A DNA stretch of 61,931 bases, counting the filler, from Basidioascus undulatus (lineage: Eukaryota), in the NCBI GenBank assembly GCA_000826855.1. It is 3 parts of 3 records of this genome, joined end to end, with 100 filler letters (N's around TTAATTAATTAA, not from the genome) between each part and the next. Parts side by side here need not be neighbours in the genome. Positions count along the whole stretch, not along the records: positions 20,708 to 41,271 come from JTLS01000368.1; 2 more parts are not named here. One strand, 5' to 3'. A program made the position numbers and the translations under genes. This document shows, piece by piece, positions 25,508-38,102 of this stretch. The first letter of the stretch is position 1. The number at the start of each line of letters is the position of its first letter. Under the pieces are notes generated by a model. It did no database searches, was not told the origin of the DNA, and worked only from the letters and a program-made list of their open reading frames with translations.

Positions 25508-26222
25508 TCAGCTCTTCGTGAACGGCACGGGCGGAGCCATGACGCTGTGAGCGGACCTTCCGACGTTGAGCACCTCCTTGAGCTTCATCGCCTCGTCCGT
25601 CTCTCCCAGCTTCGCCCTCAGCCCGTGCGCGACCAGAAGGACAAAGGCTCCTTCCCGCCAGCGCTGCTCTGATCCCTCGGGCGCATCGAACGAGAGCGTC
25701 GCGTGCTTGCCGCCCATGCCCAGAAGGCCCTTGGAACCGTCGGTAAAGCGCGCGATCGGCTCGGTCGGGCGGGATTCGACGCGGACCTGCGTGAGGAGTC
25801 ACGAGACAGGATTCTAGTGGTGAGATAAGTTGCAAGAGTATAGCCGCTGGGGTGCGTACCTGGTACGCTATGAACCTCAGCACCTCATCGCCAGTGCCCT
25901 TTTCCTCGTCCTCCCTCCGCAGCCCCAGCACGCCTCCTCCATACCCATTAACGACCTCCTACCCCCCGCACACATCCACCTTCTGCTGAACCACATCATC
26001 GCGGTCTTTGAGCCCCGTGTCCTTCGGCACTACGAAGGTGTCGATCTCCGCGAGGACGTCGGCGCATCCCGCTGCCCGGATGGTCGTGTGGTAGCTCTGC
26101 CGCTGGCCGGGCGCGGTGGTGTATGTCATGTCGGCTTCGAGCCCGAGGGATGGAGCTGAGTAGTTTTGGGTGAGGGGGTCGAAGGGACCGAGTGGGTATA
26201 GCTGGACAACGGCGTCGGACAT
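25508..26222 (-). pseudogene. Two-exon hypothetical protein gene with one in-frame TAG
   Basis: MSDAVVQLYPLGPFDP...KVDVCGG*EVVNGYGGGVLGLRR...FIAYQ, GT-AG intron, VRVESRPTEPIARFTDGSKGLLGMGGKHATLSFD...FTKS*. TAG at 25959-25961. Confidence 0.6.
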
Positions 26223-26918
26223 GGTAGTAATGACGATACGGAGAGACTGGAATTGTGGGGCTTTTGCTGGGCCCCCAACTTCGAATGCTGCGCCTTTATG
26301 TGTCGAGGACCTGCACTGACCATACTTGAACGTGCGCTTTTTCGGTATTCTTGTAGAGGAGGCTGTGAATTGCTGTGAAAAGGGTAAGGGTCTTCCATGC
26401 GTTCGATACGACTTTACGTCATGAACCCAGTAGTTGGCAGTAGTCGGCCGCAGCACCGCCATTTTCGCCTGACTACATACATGTAACTGTTAAACCGATG
26501 TACCTTCGGTGCCATGGTTGATGGTTGGCACTGAGTATATTCCCAGCTTTACGTGGCAATGATGAGGATTAGGGGGGAGGTGGTTATGGCGGCAGCGGCG
26601 GGAAACGCCTTGGCTGCACACTCATAAAGAGATGCAGTCTTTGCCAAGATCTCGTCTGGGTAATATCTGGATCTCGAAGGTGTGCGGATCGCACCTTGCG
26701 TGGGTTGCAAGGAAGTTGAGCAGCACGAGGATCGCTCGCGAGTGTCAGACCGCGGGGCTTGCTTGTTCAACAGACAATGTCATAAATCAAAAACAACGTG
26801 AACCAGCCCAGACAGTTTCTCCCAAAAGCACCTAGAATTTTCCCAGAAGTAGCAGTTCAGAAATTACCCCACATGAAAAGTCGCAGTCGTAGTCTCGTTG
26901 TGGTTTAGCTGTCGTGTT

Positions 26919-29900
26919 TCAAAGGACAAAGCGGAAGTCCTGTGAAGGGGTCCAAATACTTGTTCAGATTGGGATTTTGCAGTACAGAGAGCACGAGAGC
27001 CAGCTTACCTTGTGATCCTTGTCCATCTCACCGCGCATCCCAGTCTCGGCAGAGCGGTCGGGGTCCGCGGGCCCGTTGTTGCGGCGGACGTTGGTGTACG
27101 ACATGTTGACACCGAGAATACGGGAGAGAAAGTTAGCAATAAGGGTCACATCTATCCTAATCGAGTACCGACTCACCAGTGGGCCGCAAGCTTCGCAGCG
27201 TACGGCCAGCATCGCAATCGAAGCGGAGCGGTAGCGTGGCTTCTCCTCGGCGTAGACGAATCTGAAAAGAGTCCCCTGCTCGGTCCTGGTCATACAGCAA
27301 AAATATTTCCTACACAGTAAGCGGCAAAGACCATCGCCGACGTGACTTGCTTTTTGTGTAACCGCCGGTGTCTACATGCGCGGTCAGAGGTCGAAAGCAG
27401 GAAGGGAGAAGCTTGAGTCAATCTCACTGGAAGAGATCATCACCAAGCCGAGCGCTGCAGTAGGTAATTATGAGCTTCTTAACTGGTTTTCGTTTGAAAA
27501 TGAAGCATTCTTGCTGAACCCGACACTGAGTGTTCATTTGAGAAAATGGAGGACGTGGTCAGGGATACGACTCTTGCGCGTTCCGAGGTCGCATACCCTT
27601 CTGCGTCGCCTCGAGGATGTCTACTGCCACTTGAGAAAGACGGATTGATTCTTACCATAACGAAATTAGACGGGGCCAGGTCGAGCTGTCGGGCAGGTAG
27701 GCCATGGTGGCTGAGCCCACAACGCAAATGGTGTTGCCGACGGTGTACATGAGGACGCGGGCTGTGGGGCAAGAATTTCAGTTTGTACTCCAAAGTGACG
27801 GTTTAGAAAGGACCGTTCAGAGAGGGTATCCCTACTGTTCGGGGAAAAGGTCGCAAAGATGCCGGCAATGAAAAGGATGACGATCTGAAAGGGGCGTCCA
27901 GCTACGCAACAGGTCACGAAGAAGGAGGAGAGAAGCAAGACAATGTAAGTTACCGGAAAAGGCAGGTGAAGGATATTCAGTTGGACCGCGAGTGAAACGA
28001 CGTATCGCAGTCGAGCAGAGCGCCTTCGAACTTGGAGGAACCCATTCCGTTGATGATCAATCACCGAGGAGAAGTTGATCAAGATTACCTGTCGCGATAA
28101 CATGATTTACTGTATTCTCTTAAAGGAAGAAGCGTAGTCGACCAACATTGGGGACCGACGACCCGAACATGGCGATCATTAGGCACCACGAGCTCACGCT
28201 CGCGAGCGCCTCCCACACTTGCTAGCGCTGTTTTCGTAAGGTGAAAATTTTGTTAAACGAAGGAGAGCAGAACTTTGAGCCTCAAAGACTCACCTTGAAG
28301 CCCTTCGTCTTGATCCCAGTAGAGTTTTGTGCGACTCGCTCAACAGCGAGGATGCGCTGTTCAGGGATCAGGAACTTTGCGGTGCCCGTGGTGTCGCTCA
28401 AGCAGAAGTAGAGGGCGAATCCCCCGAATGCGTTGTAATGCCGAAGATTAGAAAAAGAGCCATTTGGGGTACTGGTCTGTTGAAGGAGCGAACATGGCAA
28501 CGGTGATGGACCCGAGAATTTACTATTGAAAGAGTGCAGAGTTAATTAACTTGATCTGCTCAGAGAGTAACTGTTTTGACTTGCGAAGATAAGTTGCCAG
28601 CGCGGGGGTCCTCCCTAGTTCTCATCAATCTTGGTGATGCCTGAAGCTATGGGAGCTCCAATCATCTACGGAGACGGCGCACAGCATTGACTTCAGGTCG
28701 GCTGTGGTTGGTGGAAGGAAAGACCAGCAGGTAAAAGACGTACGCCACCCCAGCCGATACTACCGTACCTCTACAATATTTAATTACCTGAATTTAAAAC
28801 GAGAATAAGAGAGACAGACCTTTGGATTAGCGAGAGACATAGTCAGCAAACTTCAGCAGCATGATTTGCAGTTTTGCCACGCACGTGTACCAGATAGTCT
28901 GCCTGAGTGGCATTTCCTGAGGAGTGTCTGGGAGAAGTGGGGTAGGCATAACAATTCCGTCTGGCAAATGATGAAGGAGGCGTACACCAGAATCCCGTCA
29001 TGAGAGGGAGACCCGGAGTCACGGCCGCCTCAAATACACCCAAGGAGAAGCGGTTCCTGTACCAACACACGGTCAGTATCTCCATATACAAACCTAACTG
29101 TGATGACTTACACCATGCCCCCAGCGAACGACTTGCATGCAACCATGGTGATTACGCAGAGACCCCTATATCCATTACACGCAGTCAGAGCTGCCCAAAG
29201 GTGATGCAACGCGGAAGGCGGCACTCACCAGAAGACGCAGGAGATTCCCGAGACCTTTCCGGCAGGGAAAGGTCCCATGAGAATACCGAAAGGCTCTTCA
29301 GCGACGAGATATCCCTGAAGTTTGAGGCTGGTTGGCGAACGATGAAGTTCAGAACGAACCAGTAAACTTACGATGTAGAACATAGACACCAACAAGCTGT
29401 GATGCCCAAGTTGAGTGAAGGTTCTTAATATCTTAAGACTTATCAATTTACCTGTACTGGTTGCCTTACAGATTCAACATTTCCTCGAACCTGAGAAGGT
29501 TGGCATAGTCGAGGCTGCCACGAACACGTTAGAAGACATCGACGACTCTCACCAATACAGGGCACAACTTATGCAGTCTTGTCAAGGTACTGCAGCGTCT
29601 GCGTGACCAGAAAAATTGGCAAAACATACAAATCAAACCGAGGGCAGGCGTCTGTTGGGCGCTGCAATCAGCCTGCAGTCTGCGGCCTGTGACATGAGTG
29701 AAATACTGACGATCTCCGAGCCTTGCTAAGACAGCTTGTATTCTGGACATCAGAGAGAAATAAGAACATTGAGTCCAGTTTGTCAATGTCCACGGAAGCC
29801 TTACGCTCGAGCCCGACGTTGTCGTTGTCATCCTCTTTGCTGCACCGCCAACGCCGACATCATCACGGCCACAGTCACACTCTAACAGAGGGGTGTTTCT

Positions 29901-30012
29901 CGCATGATCTCGGGCACTTGAACAGCTTTATGCTCCTCAACGTAAGCCTTGTCTTGTCAGTGCTGTATTCGGACGTCGTCGAGCTGGGGCTGCGCTTGAG
30001 AGGGGGCGACAT
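26919..30012 (-). pseudogene. Decayed MFS anion:cation symporter (Dal5/allantoate permease family) pseudogene
   Basis: Collinear fragments: VTQTLQYLDKTA..DYANL; SLLVSMFYI/GYLVAEEP; RFSLGVFEAAVTPGLPLMTGFW; RWQLIF; TAKFLIPEQRILAVERVAQNSTGIKTK; FSSV.IING; TGGYTKKQVTSAMVFAAYCVGNI; EEKPRYRSA; DFRFVL*. Multiple stops and frameshifts. The 5' boundary is approximate. Confidence 0.88.
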
Positions 30013-32379
30013 CTTGCAGCTGTCGCTAGTGCCGGCATAGTAGAGGAAGTCGATCGTGTGAGGGGGAAGAAAAATGTGGTGAACCAATGCGGGGTCCCAC
30101 GGGCCATCTCATATAGTGTGTAAATGCGCGCCCTGAAACTGTCGTTCCTAACTGTTGCTGTACCTTGCGCTGCCTGTCGCTGATCGACTCGCTGGCCACC
30201 GAGCACGAAAGGCCGCGCCTCCCCCACACGTACAACCACTCTGTCCATGCGTACAACATAGTAAAAAAACGAGGATAAAATACAGTCAGGTGTCTGATGA
30301 GAACCGCATGGTCGTACCACCCCTGGCGGCGCTCTTGCTTGGCAACGCGATGCAGGATGAAAGACGCTGTCTAGAGTCTTTCTGTCCCATGGGAAAAGTC
30401 GGTTCGCCCTTCCGAAAGTGTCCGGCTGCTCACACCAATGAGAGAAGAAATCCTCTGAGGTTGGTCTAGTTGTGGAAGATAGACGCGCTTGGCGTGAATA
30501 AGGCGCTGGGCGGGAAGAGGCCGTGGAAGACCACGTGAAGGATCTACTGCGTGTGGAAGAGTGCGTCCCTTCTGCTTGTGGTTGTCGCATTCAAACTTCC
30601 AGTCAGGCAATGCTAGTGGTGATCGACACTGAAAATGAGTTTCGACAGCGATGCTCTGGACCCATTGGACGGCAGGTGTTTTGGACTTGGCTTCCACGAG
30701 GTGCACGAAGCTGCCACAGCTGAGGCCGTCTGTGCGAGGGTGGATCCGAGCATTTGGCCCGCAAAAGATACAGAGGGGGATACAGAGGGGTTGTTCTGGC
30801 GCCATCAATTTACATATCTGAGGCTTTTGCACTCGAAAGCTGAGCTAGCTTTCAACGCTGCCGGGCGGCAGAAGGGGACTTTGTGAACAAACGCCTCATG
30901 CCTCGCCAAGCGGAGTTGTCCCGGTCGAGCCGGAGCTGGGGCAGACTCGGACGCCAAGTTACCGACCACTCGATTGCTCCAATGCAATTGGCTTTTCCAG
31001 CTAGATCCAGAGCTGCAGGAAAGCAGCTGAGGGCCGTCAGGCAACTGAAGGGAAGCTGGACCAGGTCCATGGTGACCGACCTTCGGCGAGTGTACGTGTG
31101 CCCAGGAGAGTCAGACTAAATGGTGGTTGAGGTTAACAGTCTATTTTATCTTCATATGGGTTCATGCAGATCAAGCGTCAATGTCTGTGGGGAGGCGGGC
31201 GCTGGCAACTGGCCAACTAGGCAGCCTGGTAGGGCACCTTCCAGCGGCCCAGGTTACTCTTGAGAAGGAACCAAAGGAAACCCCCCCCCCACTTTGAGTA
31301 AAAATTGGCTGATTAGAATCTATGGTGTGGTGCATTCCTCAAAAAAAAGGCAGTCACGCGGAAAAGGGTGGTCACGCCACAGAGAGGCTCACGTGAAAGA
31401 AAGCCTGCTGGCGGACTTCCACGCTCAAATCCGATTGCTCGCCCAGAGCTTCGATGTGTCTGGCTCTGATAATCTCTATTAATGTTATCTATAACCTCGA
31501 GCAGAACGAGGCCAGACGTTGCCAAGTGCAGCTGCCGGGGAGGTAACCCACCTTCACACAGGAGATCATGCGATCCAGTTACACTGCCATACCGCAAGCA
31601 TAGCCCTATCAAATTCGTTGAAAGCTAGCCGGATTCTTCAAGCTCACAAGACTATATATGATCTCTCTGTGACTTTTCTCCCATCTTATCGCTCATACGC
31701 TCCAGGTGAGCAAATGCAAGCCAAAGGATTAGCAACACGCTCGAACCGACTGCACAGTCTAAACTGCACGTGAAAGTGTCAATCATCTGTCACCTGTCGG
31801 AATTTCGGTACGCACTCCAAATTCATTTCGGCCCTACTCTGACTCTCAAGCACGATGTCGCCAAGCAACCTCACGGCCCACGACCAGCTTTACGCATTTT
31901 CTACGTTCACGATACCCTAACCTGCTCTTAATCTGATAGTACTGCGGTGAGTGTACATTTCCGCATGAGAAAGACTCGGACCCAGACACGAGGCAGCGGA
32001 ACACGAGGCATGCGCTGCTGCGGGTGCGGTCACACTTGCTCCCTCGCAGCCGGGAAGGCACAGTACTGCATCGAAATCCTGGAGGATGTCGCCAAAGACT
32101 CATGTAGAAACAGTAATCTGTTAGAACACAACACTAGGGCGTTGTAGCGTAGCGTTGTTTGGAGGCTGCTGTGAAGCTCGCTCGGCGCAGTCTGATCCTC
32201 CGCTCTTTCCGCTCAGGCACCCGAGGAAGCTGCACACTCTCGCACCTGTTCCCGCAAGCCTATTCTGACTCCCGCCGCCCACTTCCCTCCGGTGGAGCAT
32301 ATCCACCCAGCAAAACCCTGTACGCCCCTTTTCCCTCCCCTCACCACGTCCCGGCGCCCCCTTGTCCTCCCCTGCCACG

Positions 32380-35300
32380 ATGCGCCGCAAGTCGCTCACG
32401 CTGCTGCAGAACCCACTCTCGCCGTCGCTGGCCATGGCGAGCCTGACCGCGCACGACCTGATACGCCAGCTGCGCGCCCACCTCTCGAACCCTGAGCTGG
32501 CCCTCCAGCCGCTGCTGAGCCAGATCGACACCCTCCTTGCCTCGTTCGACCCCGCCGCGCCCTCCGCGCCCTCCCTCGCAGCGAGCATCTCCCTCGACCT
32601 ACGCGAGATCCAATTGCCGGAGGGGGATGCAAAGGCTCTGGGATCTTTTGTCCTAGTGCTCGGGCGGCTAATGCCCATCCTCGGTTGGGCGAGCATTCGC
32701 GAGCACTGGTGGGAGGCCGTGCTCGTGCGCGCGCTAGAGCGGGAGCGGGACGGCGTGCTGGACGAAGAGGCGATGGAGGAGGCGCGGGAGATGGTCCTGA
32801 AGGCTCTCGATGGCAATCCAGAGTTTGGCAAAGTCCTCCTCTCGCGGTACATCGCCGAGCTGGGGGACTCCTCCGAGGACGGTCTCCCGCCCCTGGATCG
32901 CCCGACGCTCGCCAAAACACTCCAGCACCTCCTCCTCTCATACACGCCCCGCCGGCCCTCCGCATTCTTCACCCTCCTCTCGCACCTCTTCCCCTCGCGC
33001 TCGAACCGGCTCCCGCTCCTGCAGCTCCTGCTCTCAACCCTCCGCCAGCACCCGATCCACGCCTACTCCCTCCTCGCAACGCCCCTCTTCCCGCTCCTCC
33101 TCCGCTCCCTCCACGCCGATCCCTCCGCCCCCGCAGTCCAACTCGGCCTCACAGCACTCTCGATCCTCCTCCCGCGTGCGCCGGAGAAATGCGCACCTCA
33201 TGTCCCCGCGCTTTGCGCCGCGCTGGGGAGGGTCCTTGTCTGGCGCAGGAGGAAGGATGAGGCGCTCCAGGCGCGCGTGTTTGAGCTCGAGCAGCCTCAG
33301 CACCCGCCTATGACGCTTCGGCCGCATGAGACGGAGGGCGAGGGCGACGACGCGGGAGTGCCGTTCGAGCCGCTCGAGGGCCAGCGCACGGACGACGCCC
33401 CCAGCCCGATGCCCTTCTTCACTTTCCTCTATGGCCTCTTCCCCGCCAACGTGCTTTCCTTCCTCCGCTCTCCGCACGCCTACCTCCGCGCTGCAGAGTG
33501 GGAGTCGCCCTTTGTCGAGGACCTCGACCGCTGGCTGTACGAAGACCTCATCAAGGCGCGATCACTAGTGCGTTTTGTCTTTCGTACATTGCTCCACGCT
33601 CCTTTTCCTTAAGTCTTACACACTCGCCTGAACTCTCCCTGCAGCCCCTCCTCCGCACGCACCTCATCCACCCCGCCTCCCTCAAATACACGCTCTCCGA
33701 CCCGGCCTCTGAGCGCGCCGAGACGCCCGCGCGGTGGAAGAACGTCCCCGCGGAGGGCGTGATCGCGCAGTGCGTCGTGCTCGAGGTGGGCGCGGGCGGG
33801 GTCGTCGAGGAGGGGCGCCGCATCGCGGAGGGCATCGTCAGCGTGCCGGACGACGACGCGCAGGGCGAGGAGGGCGAGGTCGCGCGCGAGGCGAAGAAGA
33901 GCGAGGAGGCGCGGCTGAGAGCGGAGCGCGAGATCGAGGAGAGCGCGGCGGAGGCGGAGGGTGAGTGAGAGGAGGGGGAGAGGGTCAGGCAGCTTAGGAG
34001 GGAGTTGGTGTTGCTGAGGAACGAGTTTGAGTGAGTCAGAGGGATGGGGGGAAGTGGGGAGATTGATGAGTTGCTGATTTGGAGGTTGCTTCGAACAGGT
34101 ACGAGCTCTACCTCAAGCAGAACATCCTCTTACGCCTGGGGCAGCTGCATCGGCGCCGACTCGCAGAAGCTCGAGATGACGACGCGCAGCAATCCCTCGT
34201 ACGTCTCCTCTCCTCCTTCGCCCTTCCCTCCCTTCTCCTTTCACACCCGCCCACGCGCAGTACATCCACCTCCGCTCTCTCCAAACGCGGCTGAACCAAG
34301 CGACGACCGCGCTGTCTGCGGCACGCGCCGAGGCGGCCAAGACGCAGGCGCGGCACGTCGCGTGGACGGAGGAGCTCCAGCGCAAGGTCGCCAAATTCCG
34401 GGAGGAGAAGAAGGCGTGGGACGCCGAGGCGGTGCAGATCCGCGGCGCGCAGACCGAGGCGGAGGAGATGATCAAGGTGCAGATGGGGAGGCTCGCGGAG
34501 GCGGGGAACCGGTGAGTCGCCTGGTTGGAGAGGAAGAGAAGGGGGAGGACCGAAACTGATATGCTTGTGGGGGGAAGGATCTTCGCCCTCGAGAACCAGA
34601 TCAGGGAGTGGGAGCCCAAGATGGAAAAGATCTCGTCGTTCGAAGCGCGGAATGCCGAGCTCGTGCAGAAGCTTGCAGATAGGTGCGTTTTGCGCCTTTC
34701 GCCCATGCTTCCCTTGTAAACCAGCTAAAATGTGATTCGCAGAGATGCGGATATACTGGCGCATCAGGAACAGCGGCGGGAGATGGAAATCCTGCTGGGG
34801 CGGTTCGATATGCTCAGGCGGATGTGGCAGAGCGAGAAGAAGGCGAGGGAGGAGGCGGAGGAGGAGGTGAGGTACGTGGCTGCGTCGTTGACGAGAAATC
34901 AGCTAGCGAGCAGTGCTTATTTCTTCATTCATTCCCCTACAGGCAAGCCCGCCTCGAGCGCGACGAACTCCAAGCGCGCCTCGAGTCCTTCTCCGCTCCC
35001 AGCTCCTCGTCCTTCCCCGCACCTCCTGCCTTCTTCTCACCTCCCTCCGCTCCCACATCCGAAGCCTCCTCCGCCCTACGCGCACGCAATCTCGAGCTCG
35101 AAGAAACGATCCTCACCCTGCGCGCCGAGCTCGAGTCCCTGCGCCCCATCCGGCTCCCCTCTCCCGACCCATCCGACTCCGACGAAGACGCCAGCACTCT
35201 CGGCCCCGCCGCCGAGACGCGCTCTGTGCCTCCGCTCCGCTCTCCAGGCTCGATGATGAGCCTCGAGCTGCCCTACCGCCCGCTGTCGATCGCTCAGACG

Positions 35301-35510
35301 GAGACGAACCACAGGTCGCCTGTCCTGAGCTTGAGCTCCGCGACGGGCGGGGGGTCGAGGGGAAGGACCGCGGGTGGGTCGGCCGCGGCCCAGGCGGGGC
35401 CGCCGCCGAGCTTGTATGGCGGTGTCGGGTCCGCCGCGGCCGCGCTTGGAGGTGCGAGGAAGAAGCCGTCGCCTGGGAGTGGGGGAAGGGGAGACATGCG
35501 CGGGTTGTAG
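32380..35510 (+). CDS. TSC1: Hamartin / Tsc1
   Basis: Helical N-terminal domain with LLRSL..LTALSILLP..ALGRVLVW and FFTFLYGLFPANVLSFLRSP, then LLRTHLIHP and a coiled coil LRNEFEYELYLKQNILLRLGQLHR. The start could alternatively be ATG 32433. Confidence 0.88.
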
Positions 35511-38102
35511 GCAGTCGTTGCTTTGGATTTCACGATTCCACGCTGCAGACTTGGCAGGATTGGCAGGACGCCTGACGGGGACCCTTTGAGACTGGTCAAT
35601 AGCATGAATCCGATATCCGCCAGTCAATGACAGTCAATCGGGTTTCCGTTTTCAGTTTGAATCTTCGGAAGGAAGTTGCAGGCAAGTAAGGGAGTTTTAG
35701 AAGGCACGACGTCAGAGCATGCCAGCGCTGCAAGGTAGGCATAGGGTACACTGATCTCTACTTGAGTCCGAAACCAGTCAAGGGAGAACCGGAAAGTTAA
35801 GTTGGATATCACTTAGGCGTTCGCCCTGTCGCCGAGGACCGTAGGCCGCGACTCGATGACGGGGAGCTCCCCCCCATGCCCAGCCCTTGCCTTCGACTGT
35901 CGCCTTCAAGAAACCCCTTCTTCCCCCCAACACATTACCCTCGCTCACTCGAAACCACCAATCCTGTCCAGCTCCGAGAACTCTGCCTCGTCCTCCAAAA
36001 CCTACCCACCCATCGTTCCCGACAAACAAGCCATACTCGATGCCCTCGCTGCTACGCCGTTCGGCATGGACCGCCCCGATCCCTCCAACCGCTTCGACCC
36101 TGCATGCTTCGGCCCGTCCAGCAACCTCCAAGATCCCTCTGCTAAGGCCGACGAGCCGATAGAAATGAAAGGGCTCAAGGACATGATCCTGAAGGGCGGG
36201 CTCAGGTCAGTGTCCCGACACGCTGTTGCGAATGTTCGCTAAACCGTGGAATCTTCGTAAAACATCAGGAGGACTGGGCAGAAGAGGGAGGGGGAGGAGG
36301 AGAAGCTCGACGAGGTTCGACAACGACGAGGACGAGGAGCGCGTGGGGGACGCCTTCCGTCGGACGTGGATGAGGAGCCGGACTCTGTAAGGCATTTCTC
36401 CGAAATCGTGCACCACCTGAGTTCCACACGAAACCACAATCCTAACAGAAGTCTGAAGGCTCGGGGGACGGGCCTGTTGAAGACGATGCGTGCCATGATG
36501 AGTCATCTGGACTGTACGCGAATGCAGCTGCGAGCCAATCCTCCGCCCCTTTCCTCCTCAGGTCCTGCCCATATTTCTTCTGCGGCCATCACCGCGTCAT
36601 CGGACGATCTCGTGTTCGCCGTGAAGGGTTTGCAGCGGTCGGATTAGCTTCCGAGGGGAAAGGGGCACAGAGGTCGGTCCTGTACTCGAGATTCGTTCGG
36701 CAAAGTGGCTTGCTGATGGCGAACGGGCCGGGGTTGACAGCGCCCACGATTGCCGCCAGTAGAATTCCGCATATTCCAATATGTCGAGACGAGAGGTGCT
36801 ATTTTACTCAATGTATACATTCAAAGTCTCGAATAACTGAGCTGCTCGGAGCGGCGGTCAGCAGGAACAGATGTTCCACGCACAGAAACGTACCGACCGC
36901 TTCGAATATCCCCCGCTGGCCCATTTCACTTGACTGCTATTCCAAGAGAAACACGACCGCATACGATATTGTACTAGTGAAACACCATGTCCACTTCTTG
37001 AAAATCAGCTTTCAGCTTCAAAGTGTGACTTCCCTGTTCACAGTTACAATGCTTCGAGTCTGGGAAAGGAATCCCACTGCAAGCTATGTCGCTGTGCAAG
37101 GCCCTCACGTTGAGAACGGGTGAAACAAGTTAGTTCCCCTCTCCGACCTGGCAGAGAAAGGACCAGCGGAAGACATCGTGTAACCGAAGCTCGGCCGGGA
37201 ACTTTGGTCCGACACTGAGAAACGAGGGTTAGTCGTTGCCAACGGAACGTCAAGTCTGGATCAAAGAGAAGACACTGAGAAATTGAACGTTACCTATTTC
37301 CAAGTAACGATGAAGCAAATAAAGACGTACGAGCTCGTACGTACGAGCGTTCACTGAAACTGTTGAGGGAGGGCTTGTGTGCATCAGGTTAGAGGGAATC
37401 GGGAAGGTGTGATAGATTGGGATTTAAAAGATGTTGCGCCTCCTCCCAACTCTTCACAGTACAGTCAGGCATACAGACCGGTGCAGGTCGGCGGGACGTT
37501 GAAGGACTGGGAGGAGGTGTGAGGTGCTCGGTTCCCTTTACAGACACAAGCGTACTCGATTTGTTGGGGAATTCCGTCCTGCTATCAAAGAATGATCATC
37601 TCAACAGTTAGGCTAGAGTTCTTCTGCGAACGTCAGTCTGTGTTGAGCCTGCGAGCGTAAGATGCAAGGGCTCCACGTCGGAATGCAGCTCCGGCTTGCC
37701 GCGTGCACGTCCCCGGGATTTTGACAGATTAATTTCCATAGTAATCAGTGAATAGACTCTTTATCGGTGCATGTTCATTCCTCATCACCCTCCCAATCAC
37801 TGATCAGGGGGAGTATGGGGTCGCGAGGGAGAGACGATTGAGAGTCGTTGAGAGTGACCCATGTGGCACACATTACTCCGTGATTGTAACAGACGGCTTT
37901 TTCGACTTGATCATGGGATTTTCATGTCTGTTTTCAGCGCACGAGTGTGTGTGCCTTGAGCGTTCGTCAGCCGGCTGGCTCAGCTCCTCGAGGCCTGCCG
38001 TCGCGCTGTGGGCCCAAGTAGGCCTCTTTCCTGGCCTTCCAATCGTCCTGTACCCTGTGGACACGCCAGATTCACGTAAAATCTTCCTGAATACTCCTAA
38101 AA

